Positions 49,287 through 59,970 of a stretch of 64,000 nucleotides of DNA are shown here, in pieces (within the stretch, counting starts at the first letter, position 1; each line of letters opens with the position of its first letter). The notes under the pieces are model-generated. The model worked only from the letters and a program-made list of their open reading frames with translations, ran no database searches and was not told where the DNA came from. Made by a program: the position numbers and the translations under genes. This stretch comes from Thelocarpon superellum (Eukaryota): contig JAPEUG010000012.1 in assembly GCA_026025795.1 (NCBI GenBank), forward strand, positions 1 through 64,000, given 5' to 3'.

Positions 49287-50913
49287 ATGGTGGTACGTCT
49301 ACCTTGGCTGCAGTTCACGCGGCCGAAGCTTTTGTTCCTCCTACTCCTCGCCTCTATCGTTTCCTCCCGGATCAATATCGGGGGCGGCGCTGTAATAGAG
49401 AGACGCCAAATCCTTGGTGGTGTAGGAGCGCGCACGTGATCTGGTCACGTGCCCACTCCTATTACTATTTCGACTACGCGTAGATTAGCAATTCAGCTCT
49501 GATTCCTACAGTGGCGTGTTTAACGACGGGGGTACCGCCTCTTGCGGCGCCGCGACGCGAAAATACAGCGGCCCCACAAATACGTCATACCAACTGACGA
49601 ATCTGAATGAGTTCTCGCTCAAAGAAGTGCCCGTTGATGGGAGCGGTGTGACCTGCCCGGCGCAGATTCCCGTGGTCAGTATCCAGATGGTACCGGAATC
49701 ATCTGGTCAGGCATACATCGAGGTTGACTTCCACATCCTTGTCAGCGATCCAAGCACCTACAAGTTCAATGTCACACAAAGCTCGTCTGGACTTGAGGTA
49801 CTGCAGGCGGCCGGTCAGGCCGGCGGAGCAATAGGACAAGCCTCGTCGTTCATGAACGTGACCATCTCGATCCCGGCAAATGCGAACATGTCCAAGCTCA
49901 GCATCGATACCGTGGCGTGGACGACCAGCTTCCTGACACGCACCGACTTCATGGCCGCTGATGGTACCCTGGCCATCCAGTCTGTCTCCGGGGCCGTGGC
50001 AGCCAATCCCGGGGTTTTCAGCTGCCCTCTGGCGCAGGTGGACACCGTCTCTGGTGGTATCAGTGGCGCCTTTGAGCTATTGCAGTCTTTGGAGCTCTCA
50101 AGTACGTCGGGGATCATTCAAGCACGGGTCAATTCCTCTGCAGATGCATCTCCATCTACGTCTGGATCCGCCGCGCCGCCTGGAAACGGAACAAGCACCG
50201 GGACTGGATCGACCGCTGGTAGTTCTGGGATAACCGGGTTGACAAATACAACGGGAGTCTCAAACACAACGGGGGGAATGTCCGCCGACGCAGGCTCACA
50301 ATCCGGAAACGGAGTCACAAACACAATGGGAGGAATCCCTGTAGACGCAGGCACACAGTCCAGAAACGAAACGGGAACATCAGGGAACACTGGCACCGGA
50401 GGAAGCCCCGATGATGGCTCAGGGGCCACCGGGTATCCGCAATTGGGTGATCCTACGGACGTGAAATATGTCACAACGACATACAACAAGAACCAACCCA
50501 GGGACGAAGCTTCCTCCTTTCAAGAAGACGGATCAGCATCAGGACCCACCGCCGGAACGACCTCATCCACCACCCCACCGCCACAAACCGCCAAACTGAC
50601 CATCTGGAGCGCAAGCGGCGCTCTGACGGTCCACATCCTCTCGACCTCGCCCAGCCTCAATTTCAATGGCGACATCTCCACCGTCGGCAGCGCCATCACG
50701 CTCTCCTACCCCGCCGCCTGGGGCAATGGGACCTCGTCTGGAACCCATTTTGAGCTGACTAACTCCAACGCTTCCTCTACGGCGGGGGGTTCGTCGGTCG
50801 CCGGGGGTACATTAGCTGGCCAAGGTCAAGGTCAAGCAGGCGTGGGCTCGCTTGATACGCTTACGTCTTCGACTACTTCTGGATCGGTGAGTGCTGCCCC
50901 TGCCGCGGAATAG
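49287..50913 (+). CDS. Secreted Gly/Ser/Thr-rich protein with DUF4097 (putative adhesin)-like repeats; splice of first exon uncertain
   Basis: Signal-like exon MVVRLPWLQFTRPKLLFLLLLASIVSS; 465-codon ORF with recurring x-(T/S)xSG-x-(I/V) motifs (QSVSGAV, DTVSGGI, SSTSGII, WSASGAL, TTSGSV). Confidence 0.6.
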
Positions 50914-51717
50914 ACGAGGAACAAACGAGAGATGTGTCATGACGTTCATCCGCATGTCCGGCGTACCCGGTTGAATTTACAGGAATACAATGTTGGCCAC
51001 TTCACCTCGAAACATGGCTTTTTGATCACGATGATAGGGAGCGGTGGCGGGCACGAGACGATGCATATCTGCGCGAGATTGCATGCCCAAACCGAAGGCC
51101 GGAATTGGTCCAAGGCTGTGGAGAAGGGACCGCGCTGGATCCCGGCACGCGGGAAGGCGTCGGGTCGTGCTTCGCTGGTCAGAATCGAACCCGCCGTCGT
51201 AAGCCATGTTGGGTTGGCGGAGACGAATGTCGAGCCGCCAATGTACGCCCCGACACCGATACTGGACGGGATTCGGAAGGAAGGACCGGGAATGGGACAA
51301 AAGGGAGCTTACGTTGTCACCTTGTTGGACAGGTCGACGAAGCTCACGGGGTCGGTGCTGGGGAATTTGTACGCGCATGGCAGCGCGGGGTGACACCTGT
51401 CTCCTCTGAATCTTGGGTGATGGTGTTTGCATGGATCAGCTCGCCCCGACCCTGACGGTTCTCTGTCACCGTTATTCCTTGACTCTTGACCCTTGACCCT
51501 CGCCTGTCGCCTGTCGCCCTCGTCTTCTTCGCGTTTCAGATAGCGTGTATGATAGCTGTTGTACAAGCAATGGAAGCTGTACAGTCTACACATGGCCACC
51601 TCTCCCATATAAGTGCAGATATCAGACGCTCTTTGTGCCTTAGGTGGGCCGTCTTCGGGGCGGTCCGAGCTCTTGGGGGTGTGCGCATAATGCTCTCCAA
51701 CAGTCGTTACAACATCT

Positions 51718-51818
51718 CTCGTCAAGTCTCGTCAAGTCTCGTCAAGTCAAGTCAAGTCTTGTCAAGCCAAGTCTCGTCAAGTCTTGTCAAGTCAAGTCAA
51801 GTCAAGTCAAGTCAAGTC
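51718..51818. repeat. Compound (GTCAA)n / (GTCAAGTCTC)n satellite
   Basis: About 100 bp of gtcaagtctc/gtcaagtctt/gtcaa units, about 135 bp past the RSC1/2 stop codon. Confidence 0.9.
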
Positions 51819-51953
51819 GATGCATTGACTCATTCCATCAATCAATCAATCAAAGACACCAGGTCCTGCCTACTACACCATCCACATCATCCGCCTTCCT
51901 CGGAGAACAAGCACCAGCCCAGCGCAGCCCAGCCCAGTCCCGGGGCCAGCGCC

Positions 51954-54900
51954 CTACAGAAGCGGCACGGTATCATCGAGAAACCCCCCCTCCGACTTCG
52001 ATCTCAACGGCACAGTGCCGCGCTGATCTTCTCGCAGACGAGCATGCGCCTCAAAGCGCCGGTGACGATCCTGCTCCGCGGCCTGCATGGCGGCCAGTCT
52101 CTCCATCTCGCGCGTCCCGTCTACCCCTTCCTTTGCTAGTTCGGCCCAGATCGCGCGCGTGTCTTTGTCCATTTGCGCCGTCAAGAGCTTCAGGGCCCGG
52201 TCGCTCAGTGTGCTGATTTGGTCGTCGAGTTCCGCGTCCGTGGGGGTGTCCTTGGTCTTGGCTGCTTTGGCCTTGCGGCCTGTGCTGTGGGTGTCTGCGT
52301 CGTGTGTCTGCGTCGATGACTGGGAGAGCGCGCGCTTGTGCTTCTCACTCTCCCTCTCCCTCTCCACTAGCTGTGCCCGTCGTCGTTCCTTCTCCGCCAG
52401 ATAACGCACGCTGTGGCCGAGGGGCGCAGCGTCGGGTTGACTGGCGACGGACGGGTCGAGCGGGGGACTGGTGAAGAAGAGGACGCGGCCGTGCTCGTCG
52501 CGGTGGAACTGCTCGCGGATATCGGCCGGGATGGACAGGTTCGCGTTGTCGCTGAGATGGTACACCTCCACGGCCTTGGGGGGATTGTATGCCCCGCCGT
52601 GGCTGCCGCGAGGCGTGCCTGCGCCGCTAGACCCGTAGCCGTAGCTGGGCGCGTGAGGCGTCGCGTATTGCTGGGACAGGTGGGCAGGGAGCGGCGGCGG
52701 CGCAAAGTTGCCGTGGCCCGGTTGGGGCGCGTACGACGGTGCTGCTGGGGCGTGGTAGGACGGCTGAGGCGGCGGAGCGGGCGCCGGCGACGCCGCGGGT
52801 TGCGGGTACTGCTGCTGCGCCTGGTGCTGGTCATATGCAATCTGCGGCGTCGGGGGAGGAGCCGGCCTGGAGTTCGCCGCGGGTGTCTGAGAAGCCGTTC
52901 CACCCATATTCACGTCGCCTTGGGCGTCGGTGCCGTACGTGCCGTTGGTGGGCGTCGGCGCCGGCGTGGAGATGGGACGTGCCACCGCGGCAGGTGGGGG
53001 AGGTGGAGGCGAAGGGGTGGGTTCGGGCGGTGGCGATTCCTATGGGTCGTGTCATGTCAGAGAGCGGTGCGGTGCGGTGCGTCTCCCAGGTCAGGGAAGG
53101 AAGAAAACTCACATTCGCCTCTCGCGGTCTCTTATGCACCGCCCCGACCACCGGAGGCGCATTCTCGGCTCCCCACGTCGGTTGCGGCAGCTCGTCGCTT
53201 TCCTTGGCCTCGTCCGACAACAGATGCTTGATCGGACTGGGCACCTTCTTCATCTTCTTGGGCGCCTCGAACAGATCCATCTCGTAGTCCTTCTCCCGCA
53301 CCTCGTCGGGCAAGCAGCTGGCCCAGGTCTTGATCTTGTTGAGCTTGAACTTCTCCTCGTTGTATCGTGATTCGCACACGTACACATCCTTGTCCGGCGG
53401 GAAGCCGCGTGGACGGCCTTTGTTGAAGCGAGTGAAGAACATGACGAAGCAGCGATCGACAATCTCGTCCACATGGTGGTCTCGATATTGGCCCGTCTTG
53501 ACCACTTCATGCTCATAGAAGTGCCGTTCAGATCGATGCACCGTCTGTTCCGGGCGATAGTACCAACACGCATTGATCCACTTTTGGCCATCGCCATCCT
53601 GCCAGGTCCGGTAGATCTGCGCTACGATGGGCTTGGTGACATCGTTGGGATTCTGGAGGTGCACCCAATCCCCCACCTTCCACAGCTCCCCGTTGTGTAG
53701 GATGCCGTTGGGTAGCGGTAATCGCCCGTCTTCCAGGACGTAGTCGGTGTCGGGTCGCTTCTTCTCTTGGTCCGCAAGATGACGAGCGTCTCGCTGCGAT
53801 GGGTCAGTTGTGGTCCGCTTTACACGTACTTTCCACGTACCTGGAGGATCACGGCATCCTTGTAGATCTGACTCTCGTCCTGGTTATACATCTTGGCATT
53901 GTCGAACATGGTGTCCATGTCTTTCATGAAGTGGTCGACCGATTGATACTTCTTCCTCTTGGCTCGTCGCTGATGTGTGTTAGGAAGATCAGGTCCGGAG
54001 GAAGAGACGACTCACCTTGACCAGATCCATCGCCACAGGGTTCTTAATCTCGACGAAATACTCGGGCATCGTCTGTTTGTCGGGCAGCCGCTCAAAGTGA
54101 TTCATCTTCATATTGCCCTCGGCGTCCTTGATCTTCCGGAGGCCCTTGATGATGGCCTTGATGCGCGCCTCCAACGGGGTATCCACTCGCGGGGGTCGGC
54201 CACGCTTCTTTCGGGCATCCACCTCGTTGGCCTTGGATTCATCATCCCCCTTACCTTCACGCTTGCTCGCTGTCGAGGCACGTGGACCCCGTCGCTTGCG
54301 CTTCCTTCGACCGTCTTCATCGGAGTCGTCCGCATCATCGTCCTCGTCCTCATCCTCGTCATCCTCGTCATCTTCACCCTCGTCATCGGCCCTGCGCGGC
54401 GACGGGGGAGGAATCTCTCCGAGATCAGGAAGCGCGGCGGCTTCGGCAGAGACGGTCTTTTGCTCGACAAGTTTCTGGAGTTCCGTCTGGAGTAGTCCCT
54501 ATTGCAGAATCTCAGTACGGGCCATGGGAGGGGGGTCAGGCAATATCTCACCTTGACTGTCAACGCATCTTGATATGCGAGAGCTTCCGGTCGATTGTAG
54601 AGCTGGGCGTTGTGAGGGATGAGGGCAAAATCTTTCACATAGTCGTTGAAAGTCTTGTACATTCTGGAGTTGATGTTTGCCTATCAAAGTCAGTGGTTGC
54701 GGATAACCATTATCTCCCGTGAAGGTGAAGGTGAAGGCGACCAAAGAAGCACGCACCTTGACGGTACTCAAGGCCATGGGTTCCTTGATGACATCGTAGT
54801 ACTCGGGGAGGACTCGTTTATTGACTTTACGATGGAAGACTTTGGATGGGTCGTGACCTCTGCGACGGTCAATCAGACGTGAATCTCGACGGGGCCGTCG

Positions 54901-55084
54901 ATACGCACTCTGCATCGCGGTAATTGTAGACGGTGTTTAGGATGTTCTGCATGGCTTCCCATTCCGCATCGGTCACCGCGGTGTCCTCTTTCGGCGTGAC
55001 TTGATCATTGCCCGGACCTTCTGTGGTTGGGAGTGGCGTCGGACTGGCCGAGTCACGGTCTGCATCTTCCTTGGGCGGTGCCAT
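51954..55084 (-). CDS. RSC1: RSC chromatin-remodelling subunit Rsc1/Rsc2 (two bromodomains plus BAH), multi-exon
   Basis: PEYYDVIKEPMAL...HNAQLYN; PEYFVEIKNPVAMD...DNAKMYN; BAH GDWVHLQNPND..KPIVAQIYR..ACWYYRPEQT; VLFFTSPP. Confidence 0.9.
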
Positions 55085-55726
55085 GGTGTGCACGACCCGA
55101 GGTGGAGGCACGGGGTGAAGGAGCTGGTTCGCAGCGGTTCCCAGTGTTGATGCGAGATCGCGACGGAGCTTGAGGTGGCCAGTGGCTAATCGCCCACGCG
55201 AATCGACTACGGGAATTCCGCGTCTGCAGCGCGCAGGGTGCAGCGTGAAGTGTGGGGTGGGGCTCCGTAGTAGGGAGGCCAGCAGCGATCGGCCTATTAC
55301 TTGACTGTGAAGTCTCAGTCCCCGGGGCCTGAGCTGCTCCACTTCTATGCTAGGTCACGTGCGGGGCCGCGCAGCTACGATGTTACTCCAAACATGCCTG
55401 GTACCCGACCGCGCGAGCGCTGCAACAAGGCACTTGGCCTGCAGACTACGGAAACTTTTAAAGCTAAGGGTGCAAATTGCCTAGGGTATCGGTAGACATG
55501 GTGAAGTATGGATTCACGACACCATGGTAAACACGGCAGGACTACCGTCTATGAGTCTAGAACCTCCCATCTATCCTTCTATATATCATTTCAGTTTCAC
55601 ATAGTATCGCATATCATCGCATCTGGATCTGGTGGACCCTGAGGTCGGTCATCGCTCGGAAACCTTGCCGTGACGCGCGGCTAATACACACGGAGCGTCA
55701 CAGCGTCCACAGCATCTACCTGAAAG

Positions 55727-56902
55727 ATGATGAGAATCCGCTTACGGGGTCCGTCAGGATCGTCCGTGCTCAGCATCGGGGATACAGAGAGCTTGGAGAC
55801 ATTACTGGAGCAAATCTCTGAAAAGACATCGATATCGCACTTCGACCTCAAGATTGGATATCCACCCCAAGCACTACGAATCGAGCAGTACGAGACGTCG
55901 AGCAAGCTGGCGGATTTGGGCGTCAAGTTGGATGGAGAACAATTGATCGTCAGTGGCAAGGAGGAGAAGGGGTCGAGGAGGGGGGGAACACAGCGGCCGT
56001 CGCAAGCGCCAAGCACCGCCTCCCATACCGCCACGACCTCCACCTCCACCTCTACCGTCACCTCTACCAAAGCTCAAGACATCGCTTCCACCTCCTTCTC
56101 CTTTACCGACGTCCCTGGATCTTCTACCATCCCCTCCACCGCCTTCCCGACCTCGGCCTCCAAAAGCGCAGCCTCGAGCGGCAGACCCGCCCTGACGCTC
56201 TCGTGCAAAGAGCACGATTCCCTCTCCACGGAGCCCCCCGAGCTCCCGCTCCCGTCGCACCACGGCACGCTCACGCTCCGCATCATGCCCGACGACAACT
56301 CATGCATGTTCCGCGCGGTCGGGTCGGCCATGATGGGCAGCCTCGACAGCATGACGGAGCTGCGGTCTCTCGTGGCCGCCACCATCCAAGCAGACCCGAC
56401 CACCTACTCGCCCGCCGTGCTCGACCAAGCAAGCGACGAATACTGCCGCTGGATCCAGACCGAGTACTCCTGGGGCGGCGGGATCGAGCTGTCGATCCTG
56501 TCGCAGCACTTCGACGTCGAGATCTGCAGCATCGACGTGCAATCGCTGCGCGTCGACCGCTTCAACGAGGGCCGGCCCACGCGCTGCATCCTCGTGTACT
56601 CGGGCATCCACTACGACACCATCGCCCTCTCGCCCTCCTCGCCGCCCCACACGCACGCCGACGCGCCGCCGGAGTTCGACACCAAGGTCTTCGACGCCGC
56701 CGACGACCTCGTCCTCTCCACCGCCGTCCGCCTCTGTGACGAGCTCGAGAAGCGGCACTACTATACCGACACCAAGGCCTTTGCTCTCAAATGTAACGTC
56801 TGTGGTGCCAGCCTGACGGGGGAGAAGGGCGCGGCCGATCACGCGGCTGCTACGGGCCATGCGGACTTTGGAGAGGCCGGGGTGGATTGGGTGAGTGAGT
56901 GA
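55727..56902 (+). CDS. OTU1: Ubiquitin thioesterase Otu1 (UBX-like + OTU + C2H2), single exon
   Basis: MRIRLRGP...GYPP, MPDDNSCMF, WGGGIEL, YSGIHYD, CNVC..GEKGAADHAAATGHADFGE. Confidence 0.95.
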   Translation: MMRIRLRGPSGSSVLSIGDTESLETLLEQISEKTSISHFDLKIGYPPQALRIEQYETSSKLADLGVKLDGEQLIVSGKEEKGSRRGGTQRPSQAPSTASHTATTSTSTSTVTSTKAQDIASTSFSFTDVPGSSTIPSTAFPTSASKSAASSGRPALTLSCKEHDSLSTEPPELPLPSHHGTLTLRIMPDDNSCMFRAVGSAMMGSLDSMTELRSLVAATIQADPTTYSPAVLDQASDEYCRWIQTEYSWGGGIELSILSQHFDVEICSIDVQSLRVDRFNEGRPTRCILVYSGIHYDTIALSPSSPPHTHADAPPEFDTKVFDAADDLVLSTAVRLCDELEKRHYYTDTKAFALKCNVCGASLTGEKGAADHAAATGHADFGEAGVDWVSE

Positions 56903-57430
56903 GGTGGGGGTGGTAGGGGTGGGGGGATTGCGTGAGGCGCCCGGGAGCCTTGGTTTGCTTCCCTGCCATAGTAAGAAGACTGAAGGACGTTCTTTGAATA
57001 TACTTTTGTTTCATGTCATCCCATCCATTTTCAATTCCGTTCCGTTCCGTCCACTCCCCCGCTCGTCCAATTGGGCACCCACCACTCCTCCGTCCAGCTT
57101 CTCACCTTCCCAGCTTCCGTCTTCGTTGTCCAGTCGTACATACATATACGAAAGCGCGAGGTACGTAAGTCAAGCTAGTCAAGTATGCGCCGTTCGCCCG
57201 CACCATCCCTCCTCCACGGCCCACCATTGTCAAAGTAACCCACCATCACCACGGCGCATCGAAAATATAGACAGTCCCTCCCCCGCTCTTCCCTAAATGC
57301 TCCTGTGTCCAGACACGGACTGGGATGATGGGGGAACGAGGGGAGAAAGGGAAGAAATGAAAAAAGGTCGAAGATGGCGGCTCGCGGGTCGCGGCCCGCA
57401 TCCCTGTCCTCCCTCCTCCTCCCTCCTCCC

Positions 57431-58410
57431 TCACCAACACTTCAGACGCGCCCAGAATCCACCTCGCTTTGTCTTGTTCCCCGGTCGCTCTTCCATGTCT
57501 ACGCTGTTCAATCGTTGCTGTTTCTCCGCCATTGTCGCCATCGTCGCCTGTCCTGGCCCCGGTGGTCTTCGCTGTCCCGCCGACGTGTGAGGGGCCAACA
57601 ATTGACTTCGTTGCACCGCTGCGAATCTCCGCTGTTCCACCACCCGGCGCACCAGCACTGACACAGTACGTCAGCAGGTGCAGGAGCACGCACAGGAAGA
57701 CAATCGAACGACGTACGCGCGAATGTCTCCTCGATGTTGACCACGTTGCGCGCGCTGGTCTCCATGAAGCCACAACCGTGGCGGCGGGCATAGTCCAGTC
57801 CCTGCGCGCTCTTGACCTGCCGCATCTGCCCCAGATCACACTTGTTGCCCGCGACAATCTTCACGGGGAGCGGCTTGGCCTCGTCCGACCGCTGCTCGCT
57901 CTCCATCTCGATCATCTGCATGAAGTGGTCCAGGTTGTGCAACGAGTCCATGTTGGTGATGTCATAGACCAGCAGGAACCCATCCGACCGCAGATTCGAC
58001 GCCGCCCAGAGTCCACGGTATTCTTCCTGGCCCGCCGTGTCCGTGAGCGAGAGATTGTACGTTCGGCCATCGATGGTTCGCGTCACGGAATATGAGTCCT
58101 CTGCGCAGGTGTCAGCGGCGGAGGGAGAAACGATTGAAGAAGGGGGCTGCTGCCCGCTGTACCTATGGTGGGATCATAACTAATGACGTGGTTAATTTGG
58201 GACGGTCGGAGAGGTGGATGGTGGATGGTGGCAGACGGGAGACTCACTCGTAGGACCACTCGCTCTTCACCAGCCGAAGGGTAATGGACGATTTCCCTAC
58301 GCGTGCCCCAGGGTTAGTGTGCGGTCCCATTGACCTCACGGACCACACCCAGACTCACCGCATCCGCCGTCACCACAGATGGTGATGGTAATCTGTTCCG
58401 TCTCCGCCAT
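57431..58410 (-). CDS. Ras-superfamily small GTPase (fungal Ras-like), 5 exons including 17-nt micro-exon 58179-58163
   Basis: GDGGCGKS, YDPTIEDSY, DTAGQEEY, GNKCD, ETSAR; C-terminus GGFWARLKCW. Confidence 0.9.
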
Positions 58411-59970
58411 CGTCGCCGTGGGTGGCGAAAATGAGCGTGGGCGTGGGCGGGGATCGCGACGAAGAGGGTGACTAGCCCCTCGACTGGAGGACAGGGGAAA
58501 GTTTGGCGATAACGACGACGACCGCGGTGCTCGGATCAGGCGCACGAAGGAAGGGCGGCGCAGGGATCGAGGTCGATCGGTTGGAATGGGAGCGTCCGTC
58601 GACTTCGTTCGTGGGCCGGTCGATCAAAGAAAGGGAAGGAAAGGGAGTGACAGGGAGGGGCATTGGGATCAACGAAGGAAGAACGCGGCCCCAACAAGCA
58701 TCAGTCCTCGGGATGGAACTTTGGCCCACTAACATACAATGTTACTTGCACCTGGTCACTTTGGTTAGATCACCGTGCGCCCCGAGTGCAAAATGCGACG
58801 ATACGAAGCACGGGTCCTGGGAGAATGTAGGTCCCTCTCGGGTGCCGGAGGGCCAGATTGAGCATGGTAATTTGGGCTCGGGTCTGAGGACTCGTACACC
58901 ACCACGCTCGCACCTCGCACCTCGCCCCTCGCCCCTCGCGCGTGGCCGTTCGGCTTGCGGAGGACACGGACTACGGCTGCCACGGCCGGCCGCCACCACC
59001 ACTACTACCACACCACAGTCGAGCGACCGACGACCCAGCGACCAAGAGGGGAAGGCAGTTTTGGCACAGGGGATGGCGTACTACCGTTACAAAGTGCTCG
59101 CAGTCCGTGCTAGTAGTCGGAACACCAAGGCCGACTAGAACATGCCGGCAGACGGCTCCTCACCTGAGCTGCTCTCCCCGCCAACCAGTGCTAGGTGAGG
59201 AGAGGAGAGGAGAGGAGAGGAGCTTAGGTGAAAGGCGAAAGGTGAGAGGGGAGGCCAGTACTTCGTCCTTCTGCTGGTACTACCAGCACGAGTAAAGGTG
59301 CAAAGTACTGCGTACCATACCTAGCAGCTTCTCGTCCCGGACCGAGTCTTGGTAGTTCGAGCGGGCTCGACAGCCTAAGCTAATTCTCGTCTCTCCTGAC
59401 CGCCGACCTATGGCAAGTAATCTACAGTGCGAAGCCCAGAGGCAATCTATAGAGGCAACATAAGGTACTTCGACCGTGTGGTCGAGATTTCATGCGCCAT
59501 CACCGTGAAGACGATCACTGCTAGTGTATGTATTGTCATATGACAGAATATCTCACAGGGTTGGTGCTGTCATTCCCGCACTCACACACAGCCCCCCAAA
59601 TCATGAATGGACTATCGCCAGAACCCAGCCAAGCTCCTTCAAATGACACAAACGTACACCCGAACAGTCACACTCATCCCCACACTCGCTCGCCCATCCC
59701 ATCATCCACGTCGAAAATCAGCTTCAACGAAAGTCAAATCACTCCAATCACTTCGACGGTGCCTTCCGTCCGTGCGCCAATGCCCTCCTGCCCTCCTGCG
59801 CGCCGCGCGCCGCGCGCCATACCGAATGAAACCCTCCCCACATGATCAAGACAGATCCCGGTCGAGTCCCTTTTTCCTCTCACTCTGCCCCTCACTCTTC
59901 CCCTGACCAGCCAAGAACCCACGCGATCGACGCGCTGCGACCGGATGACGCGGAAAGCGATGGCGGCCGG

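Noticed and set aside
51718..51818. CRISPR-like or telomeric array
   Set aside because: No unique spacers, the unit is not TTAGGG, and the context is a eukaryotic microsatellite
2443..56902. Apparent proteostasis cluster (UBP8, RPN9, RBD2, SprT, OTU1)
   Set aside because: The genes are scattered over 55 kb among unrelated housekeeping genes, consistent with chance
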